Virus record (IMG/VR): IMGVR_UViG_3300028388_001983
Span: 9,144 to 73,143 of that record
Reading direction: 5' to 3' (one strand)
DNA: 64,000 bases
Origin: a virus
Shown here: positions 1 to 11,000 of the stretch, piece after piece
Layout: the number at the start of each line of letters is the position of its first letter
Numbering within the stretch: position 1 is the stretch's first letter
The notes under the pieces: model-generated
What the model saw: the letters and a program-made list of their open reading frames with translations, nothing else
What the model was told of the DNA's origin: nothing
The model's database searches: none
Made by a program: the position numbers and the translations under genes

Positions 1-1
1 A

Positions 2-211
2 GGTCTTGGTACTAAAAATAGGGATTTATTACACGGTAATATTGAAATACACAGTGAAGAATATCCTTATCCAATATATAAAATATCAGTAGCTACAAAT
101 AAACCCAAAGAATTTAATGAATTTTTAAATAAGTTTGATTTTAAAGTTCTACCTATGAAAAAAATTCAAGAGATAGAAGAGGAAGTTAAATCTAAATATA
201 AAATTATATAA
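2..211 (+). CDS. 3' end of a hypothetical protein (partial, runs off the window)
   Basis: Frame open from position 2 (GLGTKNRDLLHG...KYKII*); its TAA abuts the ATG at 212. Confidence 0.6.
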   Translation, partial: GLGTKNRDLLHGNIEIHSEEYPYPIYKISVATNKPKEFNEFLNKFDFKVLPMKKIQEIEEEVKSKYKII

Positions 212-916
212 ATGATTGTACATATAGGATTTCAGAAATGTGCTTCTACATTTTTACAAGAACAAATATTTCCAAACCTTTTAGGTATTAATTACAAAGG
301 TATAATTGATATTACTGATCCTGATATATACAGTCGTCCTGATATAACTCCTGATAATATTGATACCTCTGAAAAATCATTATATTCATTTGAAGCACTA
401 GTTGGAGAAATGGGTACAGGTATAGGTAGATATGAAAGAATGGTAGGGTTAAAAAAAATGGGAGCTAAGAAAATTATAATAGTAATACGAGATTTAAAAT
501 CCCATATAAAATCTGTATATAAAGAATTTATATATTCTGGTGGTACATTAACATACAATGATTGGTTAAAATCTCCACATTGTAAATTTTATTATTTTCA
601 ATATCATCGAGTTATAAAACTATACCAAGATAATTTTGGTTATGAAAATGTTTTAGTTATAACACAAAATGGACTTCTTTCTAATCCTAAAGATGCTATT
701 AATAAAATAATAAAATTTACTGGGGCTTTAGCAATTAAGGACTTTTCTCTTACTAAAGTTAATAAAGGACTATCTTATCCATTTATTAAATTGATGAGAG
801 TTTTAAATCATTTTACATATAGTTATAGAAGAAGTTCGTCTTTCATACCTAAGTTTATATCTTCAAATAAAGTTAGGGGAGTTCTATCCATCGTAGATAA
901 AGTGAAAGATAAGTAG
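212..916 (+). CDS. Sulfotransferase-family protein (PAPS-dependent, P-loop fold)
   Basis: N-terminal 5'-PSB loop IVHIGFQKCASTFLQ and 3'-PB-like IIVIRD...IKSVY. Confidence 0.8.
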   Translation: MIVHIGFQKCASTFLQEQIFPNLLGINYKGIIDITDPDIYSRPDITPDNIDTSEKSLYSFEALVGEMGTGIGRYERMVGLKKMGAKKIIIVIRDLKSHIKSVYKEFIYSGGTLTYNDWLKSPHCKFYYFQYHRVIKLYQDNFGYENVLVITQNGLLSNPKDAINKIIKFTGALAIKDFSLTKVNKGLSYPFIKLMRVLNHFTYSYRRSSSFIPKFISSNKVRGVLSIVDKVKDK

Positions 917-945
917 GTACTGGTTAATTCCAGTACCTTTTTTTT
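915..945 (+). terminator. Intrinsic terminator at the convergence of the two transcription directions
   Basis: AGGTACTGG-ttaatt-CCAGTACCT hairpin followed by a T run. Confidence 0.85.
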
Positions 946-951
946 ATACCC

Positions 952-3900
952 TTAGAGATAGTCAGCTTTTTTGTAGGTTTCAAATAGTTCTAATAACCTA
1001 GCTAACTGAGTTCCACCATATGCCCATTGTGAGGTATAGTAGAAAAATGGTGATTTATCTTGAGGTGAATTTTCTCCAAACATTAAATCTCTACCTTCAT
1101 CAAAAGTATTTCCAATTGTTTTACTAGCATCTTCTAATAATTGTGACATTGGTAGTGGATTAGATACTAATCTAATAAACTCTCTAGGTGTCCATGCAAA
1201 TGATAGTTCTGAATAACTTTTTGCGAATGCTTTATACATAGTCCTAGTAAATTGATTATCTGCATATAACGGTTCTCCATCTCCATCTCCATCAGACCCT
1301 AGCATAGTAATTAAAGCATAGAATAATAGAATAGCTCTAACTTCATTAACCATAGCCTTAATTTGGCCCCTCTTCATTTCTAAAAATTCTGCTTCACTAA
1401 CTTCTTTAGCTTTTGCAGGATTAGCCTCTCTCCATTTATGATATTGTAATCTAGCTAATTTTTTATTATAAGACTTATTAGAAAATCCAAATGTTGCTAC
1501 ATCTAAAGCAAGTTTACCTAAATTAGGTACAAGTATCTTTCTAGCGAAATAACCTAGTCCTACACCATTTCTAACAGTCTCTACTGAACTATAAGTACTA
1601 AAATAAGCTTTATATCTACCTTGTCTTAAAGATTGAATATATCTATCGTAAGTAATATTTCCAAAACGTTCTTTCAATACTCCAGGCATCCATGTTTTAA
1701 ATTGCATCATTAAATTTAATCCAAGGTTTACATCTGATGCACCTATATCTTCTGCAGACATATTACCAATAATATTATTCATAGTATTCTTTACAGCAGC
1801 TCTGAACATAATAAAAGCATCTTTAGTCATACCATCTATTGATATTTCTCCAGTTTCAGGATCATATGTAGTATTTTCCCATATAGTAGTATATTTAGAA
1901 GCATCTATCTCAGGTTTGTTAAGTCTTAAAAGTTTACCATTTTCATCTACTGCATAATTTTGAGACATTGACACTAAAACGTGTTCAGTAAGTTTCTCAT
2001 CAGTACCCCTTAATGGCCAAAATAAATATCTATCATCTACATATTTGATTATCTTATTGTTAGTAATTTTAGAAACCATTACATTAGATTCATCTTCTGC
2101 ATAAGCATGAAAATATGCATTTATTGCTTTGTATTTCTTTCTACTTTTTCCAACCATATATTTATTGGCTTGTCTACCTTGATCAATAGTAAAACTAACT
2201 CCCTTAGCAGCTTCTAATCTAGTGTTTAATTTACCTGCTATATAAGCTCCTATACCAGGAATAACAGCAAATGCTAAAGCTTTTCTAGACATATACTGTT
2301 TTAAAGTTAATAAAGCCTTTGTAGTATTATATTTCTTCGATATACTCCCCTCTCTAAATTTTATACCATACATATAATAATCAGTAATCTGTTCAAATAG
2401 TTTATATGTAGCTGTATTTTTAGATTTAGTATTTAAAGGGTCTTTGAAATTACCTTTGATAGCTTTACCTAATGTACTAGTTACAGTTTCTCCAGCTTGT
2501 TGTACTGAAGAATCTCCCATTAAATCTTTAAATGCTAATGTTTGAGCCTCTATTTTAGACATAGCATCATAATTATATGACATCTTAGCAAATAATGTTA
2601 ACACCTTACTAAGGTCTTTAGATTGTTCAGATACATCTATTCTACCATCATTATCTTTAAATGGATGTAAAAACAGTCTAGGTATTTTTTTAACTGGTTG
2701 TCCGGTGAGAGGATCAATTTGACTTATGTGAACATCTTCTTCTCTAACACTTACTAAATCACGATATATTTCTTGAAAAGTTTTTTTAATACTGCCATTA
2801 TCTACTAAATGTTCTACAGCAGACTTACGAATTTTAGGTATAAAGTTATTAGGTATATCAGAATACTGTAAACCTAATAAATCTCTAAACTCATCTATTT
2901 TAGAAGTAAAGAAATTATAATAATTTAATAAAGCTTCATTATTTTCGATATATTTAAATTCATCTGATTTATACTGTTGTTCATATTCCGGCTTTAACTT
3001 TAAATGTTTATAGTTAGTTCTGTTTAAATAGGCTCCTTTTTTAGTAACTAAATCCCATCTAGATTTCCATTGTTTTAACTCTTTGTTATATTCATTTCTA
3101 AGAGATTTAGAAGATTGTATTACTGTACCATCTTCATCTAATATAGGTTCAAAATTATTTTTATCAATTTTAAGTCTAGCTTGAAATTCTTCTAATCTCT
3201 GATTATATTCCTTTTTAAACTCTTCAAAATCTCTAAATTCATACCTCTCAATTAACCATTCATAGTCATCATTATTAAAAGCATCTTGTCTCTCTTCCCA
3301 AAATTCCTTGGTTAGTTGAGAGTATAAATTTCCAGTTTTTTGATTAATTATTTTAGAAAATATTTGACCTTTAGATAATCCGGCCTTTTTACCCCATCTT
3401 CTAAGATCAGCATCTACTTTCTCTAATTCTTCAAAGAATGTTCTCATTTCCATAGTAACATCATAATAAGTTTCATTCTTTAAGTCGTTAAAAGCTTGAA
3501 ATATAGGATGGTCTATTTCAGACAAGTTCAAGAAATTTCTAGTAATATATTTAACACCGTCTAAAGCAATTAAATCCCCATTCTCATCTTTATAATTATC
3601 AGGAATTCTTTCTAATATCATAGATTCCCTTTTACTACGTGCTTGTTCTCTTAAATCTGCTATACGATCATATAATGCTCGTCTTTGATTTACTAATCTT
3701 TCTGCTACTTCAGGTTCTATCAATTTTAGATTTTGAATATATTCAGAAGTATCCTCTGTTATACCTTCATATACAGCAGATTCTTCCATAAATGTAGCTA
3801 TATCTATAAGAGTAAGTTTATTAGGATTAGGTTCACCATTTGAAAGAGTATCAGGTTCTTCTAGCTTTTTACCAAATTTTAATACTAAACCTCTTGCATC

Positions 3901-5004
3901 TGAAAATATTGTATCTACTTCACCTTTTACCACTGCTCGTCTTACAGACTTGCGAATAGCTCTAATTCTAGCTCTAAGCAAATCTTTATCGTTTTGGGAT
4001 AATCCTTTCTTCTGTAAAGTTTCTTCTAATGTAGATACTAAACTTAACTGTTTTTCTAACAAGTTATCTAAACCTTTAAATTTAGTCTTCTCACCAATAG
4101 GAATTTCCATTAAATGTTTAGAAGTTTGTTCTCCTATTTGTACTAAATCTAAATGATTCTTATATTCTTTACCCTCTTTAGCTAATTGTATGTGTATCGG
4201 AATAGCTCTACTCTCATTGAATTTTCTTATACCAAAATGTTCTAATAAAATTCTTTTATAATCTTCTATAGTAAGAGTGTAAGATTCTATCTTACCTTCA
4301 GTAGCAAGAGTATCTACCAGAGTAGCTTTTTTACCAGTACCTCTAACAGCATAACGTGAGGGTGTAGAAGTTTTATAATCGTAAATAGAAGCACTATGAT
4401 CACTAAAGACTGCCAATATATCTATTGCACCACCTCTATTTTTAAAAGGGTCTAATATCTTCTGTTCAGTAAAAATTTGAACCTCTCCATCAGGATCAAT
4501 ACGCTTTTGTTGTTCATATATTCTATTTAAGAAGTCTTTTGACCAATCCATTAAAGCATTAACATCTTTAAGATTTAAACTAACACCATATTCACCATTT
4601 TGAGCATCTTGTACTATTTGATTTAATGATTTAGAGTTTTCTTTATTAGTATTAGAATTTAATATATCTTGTAAGATTTCATGAATTGTACTACCAGCCT
4701 CTCTCTTAAGTTCATTAACAGGAGAACGAGCCATCCTTTCAGCAGCTTCTTTACCATACTTACGTTCAAAATTCTTCTTAGCTTTATCAGATACCCTACC
4801 TTCAATTTCAGTATCTCCTATATAATATCTATTATTAGGACTTCCATTAACTGTATCAGGTATATAAAGATTCTCATTAAAGAATTTAAAAGCTTTAATT
4901 TTATCTGTTAAAGATGATTCTTTATCAATGTTGAGTCTGAAGTTTTTATTCCTGAGTAAATCTTCTATCTCACTTATACTCTTATTTAAATCTTCGCACG
5001 CCAT
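952..5004 (-). CDS. Large virion cargo/ejection protein with N-terminal PD-(D/E)XK nuclease-like domain and helical body
   Basis: GSTIHEIL...EQKILD...GAIDIL...IYDYKT motifs; directly follows the RNAP gene as in crAss-like cargo clusters; likely start is ATG 5004 (MACED), just after the RNAP stop. Confidence 0.7.
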   Translation of the reverse strand: MACEDLNKSISEIEDLLRNKNFRLNIDKESSLTDKIKAFKFFNENLYIPDTVNGSPNNRYYIGDTEIEGRVSDKAKKNFERKYGKEAAERMARSPVNELKREAGSTIHEILQDILNSNTNKENSKSLNQIVQDAQNGEYGVSLNLKDVNALMDWSKDFLNRIYEQQKRIDPDGEVQIFTEQKILDPFKNRGGAIDILAVFSDHSASIYDYKTSTPSRYAVRGTGKKATLVDTLATEGKIESYTLTIEDYKRILLEHFGIRKFNESRAIPIHIQLAKEGKEYKNHLDLVQIGEQTSKHLMEIPIGEKTKFKGLDNLLEKQLSLVSTLEETLQKKGLSQNDKDLLRARIRAIRKSVRRAVVKGEVDTIFSDARGLVLKFGKKLEEPDTLSNGEPNPNKLTLIDIATFMEESAVYEGITEDTSEYIQNLKLIEPEVAERLVNQRRALYDRIADLREQARSKRESMILERIPDNYKDENGDLIALDGVKYITRNFLNLSEIDHPIFQAFNDLKNETYYDVTMEMRTFFEELEKVDADLRRWGKKAGLSKGQIFSKIINQKTGNLYSQLTKEFWEERQDAFNNDDYEWLIERYEFRDFEEFKKEYNQRLEEFQARLKIDKNNFEPILDEDGTVIQSSKSLRNEYNKELKQWKSRWDLVTKKGAYLNRTNYKHLKLKPEYEQQYKSDEFKYIENNEALLNYYNFFTSKIDEFRDLLGLQYSDIPNNFIPKIRKSAVEHLVDNGSIKKTFQEIYRDLVSVREEDVHISQIDPLTGQPVKKIPRLFLHPFKDNDGRIDVSEQSKDLSKVLTLFAKMSYNYDAMSKIEAQTLAFKDLMGDSSVQQAGETVTSTLGKAIKGNFKDPLNTKSKNTATYKLFEQITDYYMYGIKFREGSISKKYNTTKALLTLKQYMSRKALAFAVIPGIGAYIAGKLNTRLEAAKGVSFTIDQGRQANKYMVGKSRKKYKAINAYFHAYAEDESNVMVSKITNNKIIKYVDDRYLFWPLRGTDEKLTEHVLVSMSQNYAVDENGKLLRLNKPEIDASKYTTIWENTTYDPETGEISIDGMTKDAFIMFRAAVKNTMNNIIGNMSAEDIGASDVNLGLNLMMQFKTWMPGVLKERFGNITYDRYIQSLRQGRYKAYFSTYSSVETVRNGVGLGYFARKILVPNLGKLALDVATFGFSNKSYNKKLARLQYHKWREANPAKAKEVSEAEFLEMKRGQIKAMVNEVRAILLFYALITMLGSDGDGDGEPLYADNQFTRTMYKAFAKSYSELSFAWTPREFIRLVSNPLPMSQLLEDASKTIGNTFDEGRDLMFGENSPQDKSPFFYYTSQWAYGGTQLARLLELFETYKKADYL

Positions 5005-5006
5005 AA

Positions 5007-8000
5007 TTATAATCCACAATAAATTTCTAATTGACCTTCACTCATTTGTTCTATAAAATCTAACTTCTGTTGAGTAGAAAAGAAGTCATAATTAGGGAAT
5101 ATTGAATCAAAATTCTCTAATAAATACTCTTGGTTTTGAATAGTAGCATTTTCTTTTGTTAACTCTTGAGAAGTTACTTCTCTACTTTGAGTAGCATTCT
5201 TATTAGTAGGTTTAGATATTAATAATCTATGATATTTTCTACCACCCATATCCTGTAAATTGTGTTTTACAGAAACTGCATCTGATCCAAAATCTCTAAT
5301 AGCTCTACTTTCTAACCTATCAATAGACTCTCTATAATACTCATTTACTACTTTAGTATTACCAATAACCTTACCAGGAAAGTTTTCCCAATTATTTAAA
5401 ACACTGAAATTAGATTCCTGAGAATACATTTTAGGAGATTCTACTACTTCAGTAGATTCTTTAAGATTAGTTAAATTGTTATTTAATATATCATAAGCAG
5501 CTTTTTTAAATGGTGTACTCTTACTAAACCAACCTTTAATCTTATTCCATAAAGCTTTCCACCAGTTCTGAGATTGTGTAGTTTCATGAATACCAACCAT
5601 CTCATTAGCAATAACCTTACCAATAGCTTCTTGCTTTAACAAAGTTTCATCACCTTCATATATTTCAGAATATTGTTTTACTACATTTTTATAAGTATCA
5701 TACTTAGTAATATTCCTCAACATACCTTTGTAAAGATTATTATCTTCACCAAGCATAGCTACATACCAGTGTGCTGCTTCTTCAGGTAATTGACTAATTT
5801 TTAAGTCTTTACCATCTACTACTTCTATAGTTTTATTTATAAAATTAGCTGCAGCAACTGCATTAGTAGGTTTACCTTTAGCATCTAGAATTTCCTTAAC
5901 TCTAACTAAATCAACTCCAATAGCCTTAAAAAATTCTTCTACTGAATTATTTAAATCTTCATTGGCCTCAAGACCTTCCATAGCAAAAGACATCATTCTA
6001 TCTTTTCTACTAAGAGAACTTATTTCAGCATTTATATCACTAACATCTTCTGGTATAGGAACAGTGTCATCAACTATTTGTTCTTGAGTTGTTCTAGTAT
6101 CTGAATTATTAATATCTAATACAGAATAATCACTTACAGTTTCAGTAGTTTCAAAGAATCTATAACCGTATCCTAATTTTGGAACTAACTCAAATCTAGC
6201 AAAGTCTTCTTCTACACGAGCTTTTTGATAAAGTACGATTTCTTTAGGTACATTTATACCTTGTCTAAATTTTTGAATAGCATCTCTTTTATTGTCCAAA
6301 AATACTACTTTAGATATATACTCTTCATCATAGGCAGCATACTTATTACTTACATCTATAGATTTAGGAATTTTATTATTAACTAAATATGTACCCTTTC
6401 TACCAAATCTCACTACTAGATTAGTATCATTAGCATTATTCCTAATAATATCATCAATAGCATGATGTAGTTCATCTCCTAAAGATTCATTATCTTTAGC
6501 TTTGTTTAAGAAGGTAGTTATAATATCATTTACTATAGGTTGAAAATATCTATTAGGGATTAAATGATAAAAGTTAATAGGAGAATTATGTACTCCGCCT
6601 TGAGCTATCATATAAGACATTAAATCTTTACCTAATTTACGTATATAATCTTCTTCAGACTCTAATAATTCAGCCCAAGCTTCTGTAATATTGTCCTGCT
6701 CTTCTACTGTTAATCTTTGTTGATATAGTTTTACATTATCAACTGGTACATCCATATCTCTTCCAGTATCATAAGCTTTTATTAATGGTAATAATTCTTT
6801 TATTAGTAAATTATTTCTTAATTGATTATCAGTTTTAGCTTTTAAAATTCTAGTCGGAACAGAATTTTTACCAACTAATAAATATTCATAGTTTTCTGGA
6901 CTAAGTTCTTTACCTAAAATCCAATTAGTTAATTGATTTTCAAATTTATGTAAGAATTTATCCGCTCTTTTATCACTCATCTTAGTTCCTAAAGCAGGTT
7001 TAAGAATGGTGCCTTCTAAATAAGTTAATATTTCTTCATGTCCAGTTATAAAGAAGTTTTTAAATAGTTTAAAAGTTTCAGTATGAGTTTTTGAATATTC
7101 ATTTAAATAAGAATTACTCATAAAATTATTATAATCAACACGATCAAAGAAATCAAGTTCTCCAAATTTAATTCTTCGTTGATTTAATCTTCTAACTTGA
7201 GCTCTGTTTTTACCTAAAGCAACATCAGGTCTAGTAACTTTTTGAAATTCTGATAATATTCTACCAAATTGAACATACATTAAAAAATTATCTAAAATTT
7301 GCATATTCATTTTAACATCTTTAGTAGTAGGCTTATAAGTTTTTTGAAGATCAGTTTTAGTAAGATGTTTATATTTTAAATCTTTAAATTTTTTATTTAA
7401 AGCTTCTACTTCTTCTGAAGTAACTTTTTTTCTATTGTTTAAATAATCATCAAAAAATTCATACTGCATCTCAACAGTAGGAAATCCATATTTTTCAGCT
7501 ACTCTTGATACTGTATCTTTAACTTTATTATCTTGATCAGCATGTTCATCTATTGACCTCTGCTTTAAATAATCTAATATAACAGGTTGTGTAAAAAATC
7601 TTGCTAAAGTTTTAATATCAGTAGGTCCTTTTTCAACACCTGTTCTCATTAAAAAGTTAAATGCGTTAAATGTACTAGTATTGGCATTTAAATATAATAT
7701 AAATGGGTCTTTAGCAACATCTACAAATGCTGTAAGAAATTCTGCATATATATCAGAAATCTTTTTACCATCTATATCATTTATATGACCAATTTTATAG
7801 TTTTGATCTTCCTCTAATTGTTGTCCTTTAAAGAAAATATTAACTGCTTTATCTACTACTTTTAATGGGTTCTCTTGAGTGGATACATGGGATACATTAG
7901 CTGTTGCTGTCATACCTATACCAGCTTTACCACTAAAATATTCCATTGCTCTCTTAGCATTATACCAAAATTTAATACCATGACTCCAACTATCTGTAAT

Positions 8001-11000
8001 GGTATCATCTAATGGACTTTTAGATCGAACCTTTAATTCATTAGCTAAAGATTGTAATGTGTCAGCATTATTAGGCTTAATAAGGCTATCAAATCTAACT
8101 GGGTGTAATACTGCTTCATTATTAATCTCTAATAATCTATTATAAATAGAGTTAAGAGTATTAACTTCTTCAGGAGCTTTACCTAAATTATTGTTAACAA
8201 ACTCTTCTTTAGTAGGTAACTCTTTGATCCTTTCTTCTAATTGAGCATCAGTTAAGTTTTCTATATCTCCTTCTTTTAAGTTAGGAAATAACTCTTTAAA
8301 TTCTTCAACTTCTTGTATAGCTTTGAATTCACCTTTCTTATACTCATTGTAAGCTCTCAGTATTCCACCATATTTATAAAAATATATAGAATCAAGAGTA
8401 GTTTTATTAATTTTATCATAATAATTTTCTACTTGGAGTTTTCCATTTATAGTTTTAATACTTCTATAATAAGTAGTAAGTTTATCCACATCAAAGTCAG
8501 AACCAGTTTTAACTACAATATCTGCTGGTAATACAATCTTAGCTCCAACATGTTGAGGTAAGAACTTTTTAACTCTAATAGCTTCTAATGAATTAAGCCC
8601 CTGAGCAGGTATTCTATTAGCAGATAATGTTAAAATTCTTGGGTCCATTGCATCAATAGCTCCACCTTGAACCATTTTATTAAATTCTTCTAATCCACCT
8701 ACTTGTTTTACATATCTAACTAAAGAATTTGGTAGAGGTATCATTACTTCCATTTCAGTCACCTTACCATCTTTGTTAGTATAAAACTTTAAGTCCTCAT
8801 CATATATAGCAGAAGACTCTTGAATTAACATTTCACCAGGAACCTTATTAGATATTACTGAGTTTCTTACAAAAGCAAATAAAACATTTTCTATTTGATT
8901 TTTATTTACTAAAGTATCTATAAGTTTAGATTCAGTATCTAAAACAATATCAATACCTTCGATAGCATTCTGAGGTAATTGTCTTCCATGAAATAAATCA
9001 ATTAACTTATCTTTAAACTTACTTTTATTTTCTTCTAATATACTATATTCTTCTGTTTTACTATTATATGTTAAACCCAATTCATCTATAATTTGATTTC
9101 TAACTCTCCTAGTAATAGCATTAGTAAGCTTATCTCTTTCTTCTTTCAATGGTTTAAACTCTTGATCTAGTTCTGAACCAAATATATCTCCAAACAGTAG
9201 TCTTACCATCTGAGTAGATTGAGTTACCTTATTTTTAAATTCATCATGAATATCTAACTGTTCACCAAAATTATCATAATTAACAGTATTTTCCTTTTGA
9301 CTACTCTCAATAGAATCTAAATTAGTTATATCTATGGGTTCACCTTTAAAAGTAGCTTTTTGAGTAGTTACAAATCCTGCATAACTTACTCCATCATTCA
9401 TCATATTAAGTAGCAAGTTCATACCAGTACTACCATCTTTTAAAGTTGAAGGTAATATAGGAGTAGTAGAAGTCTTAAAGTATTCTACAAAATCTCCTTC
9501 TTCTGACTTACCATAACCAATAGGTTTAATTGGAGGTAATTGACCTAATTCTTCAGGTTTTATAATCTCTCCATTAAACATAGGTTGTTCTGGTACAGAG
9601 GTTCTTACATGTTGTCCAAACAATTCTAAGAAGTTCCCTTCAGTAAATTCAAAGTTTTTATTAGGATTATTAATAAGTCTTATCCCTAATAACTGTTGTT
9701 CATATTGATAAGCTTTTTCTTGATCTTCTGTCCATTCTCCTTGACGTACTTTGAATCCTCTATATTCATCTAAAGTAATATGAGATTGAGCATCAGTACC
9801 TTCTATTTTATTATATTTTTTATAAATCGTACTAAGTTCAGAATTTTCAGTAACTATATCTTTTAATACATATAATCCTGGAGTTTTAGTATGCTGTGCA
9901 TTATCCATTCTTGGATACTGAACATTTAATTGTCGTATAGTCTCATCATCATTTCTAGTATTCTTTCTAGTAGAACCAGCACCAGTAGTTCTCTTATGAA
10001 AATCTATAATATCTTTATAACCAGCTAAATCTCCATATACTAATCTCAACTGTTCATTAGCTCCTACAAAATAATTATAAAATATTCTTTTAGCTACATT
10101 ACTCATCTCTCCTGAATTAAGAACACCATCAAATTTTTCAGAGAATTCAGTAAGTAGTTCTGGACTTATATCACTTATATAATAAGTATCTGTACCTTCT
10201 CTAGCAACAAGCCCTGCACTCTCAAGATATTGAATAGTTTCATCTATATTATCTTGTATATAAGTATCAAATGTAGAATCAATTTCTTCATGATATTGTT
10301 CAGTAAACTGCTGAGATAATTCTTCTACAGATAAATCTGGATTTGAGTTTTTAAAGTTTTCAAAAATAGTTTTTTGATCTTTCTCACTCCATATAAAATT
10401 AAATACTCTAAGAGTAGATAAATTATTTCCTACATATCTAGTATTTAAATCTTCTTTTAAGTTTTTAAAGGTTAATGCCAATTCATCTTTAAGATATTCA
10501 AGCATGCTATCTTTAATAGTTTCATTTTCTACTGTACCTCTATACTCACCTCTAGCATTTGGTAATCTTATTGCATACTCTAATCTACGATCACCCATTC
10601 TTAAAAATGGCATAGTACCATCAAGTAAATGATTAACTAAAAAACTAGTATAATCATACTCTTTCATGTCTGTTACTTCAAAACCATCTCCAAAATCTTC
10701 TTTAATTCCTTTTAGAAGTATAAATTGAGTACGTTTACCTTCTAATGCAGCCTTAACAATTTTAGAATTAGTAGAAAAAGTAGCATTACCTTTAAACTTT
10801 CTAGGTAATAAGTTTTTAAACTCTTCTATATCTATATCTTCTAATGTCTCTCCACTCTCTATTAAACTAGCTAATTTATTTAATTTATTAAAAGTATTAC
10901 TAGCTCCACCATTCAATGCAATAGACCATTCTGTCTCTCCATCTTGATTAAAGTAGGTTAAATCTATATCATTACTTTCAAATGATCCAGCAAACTCTAA

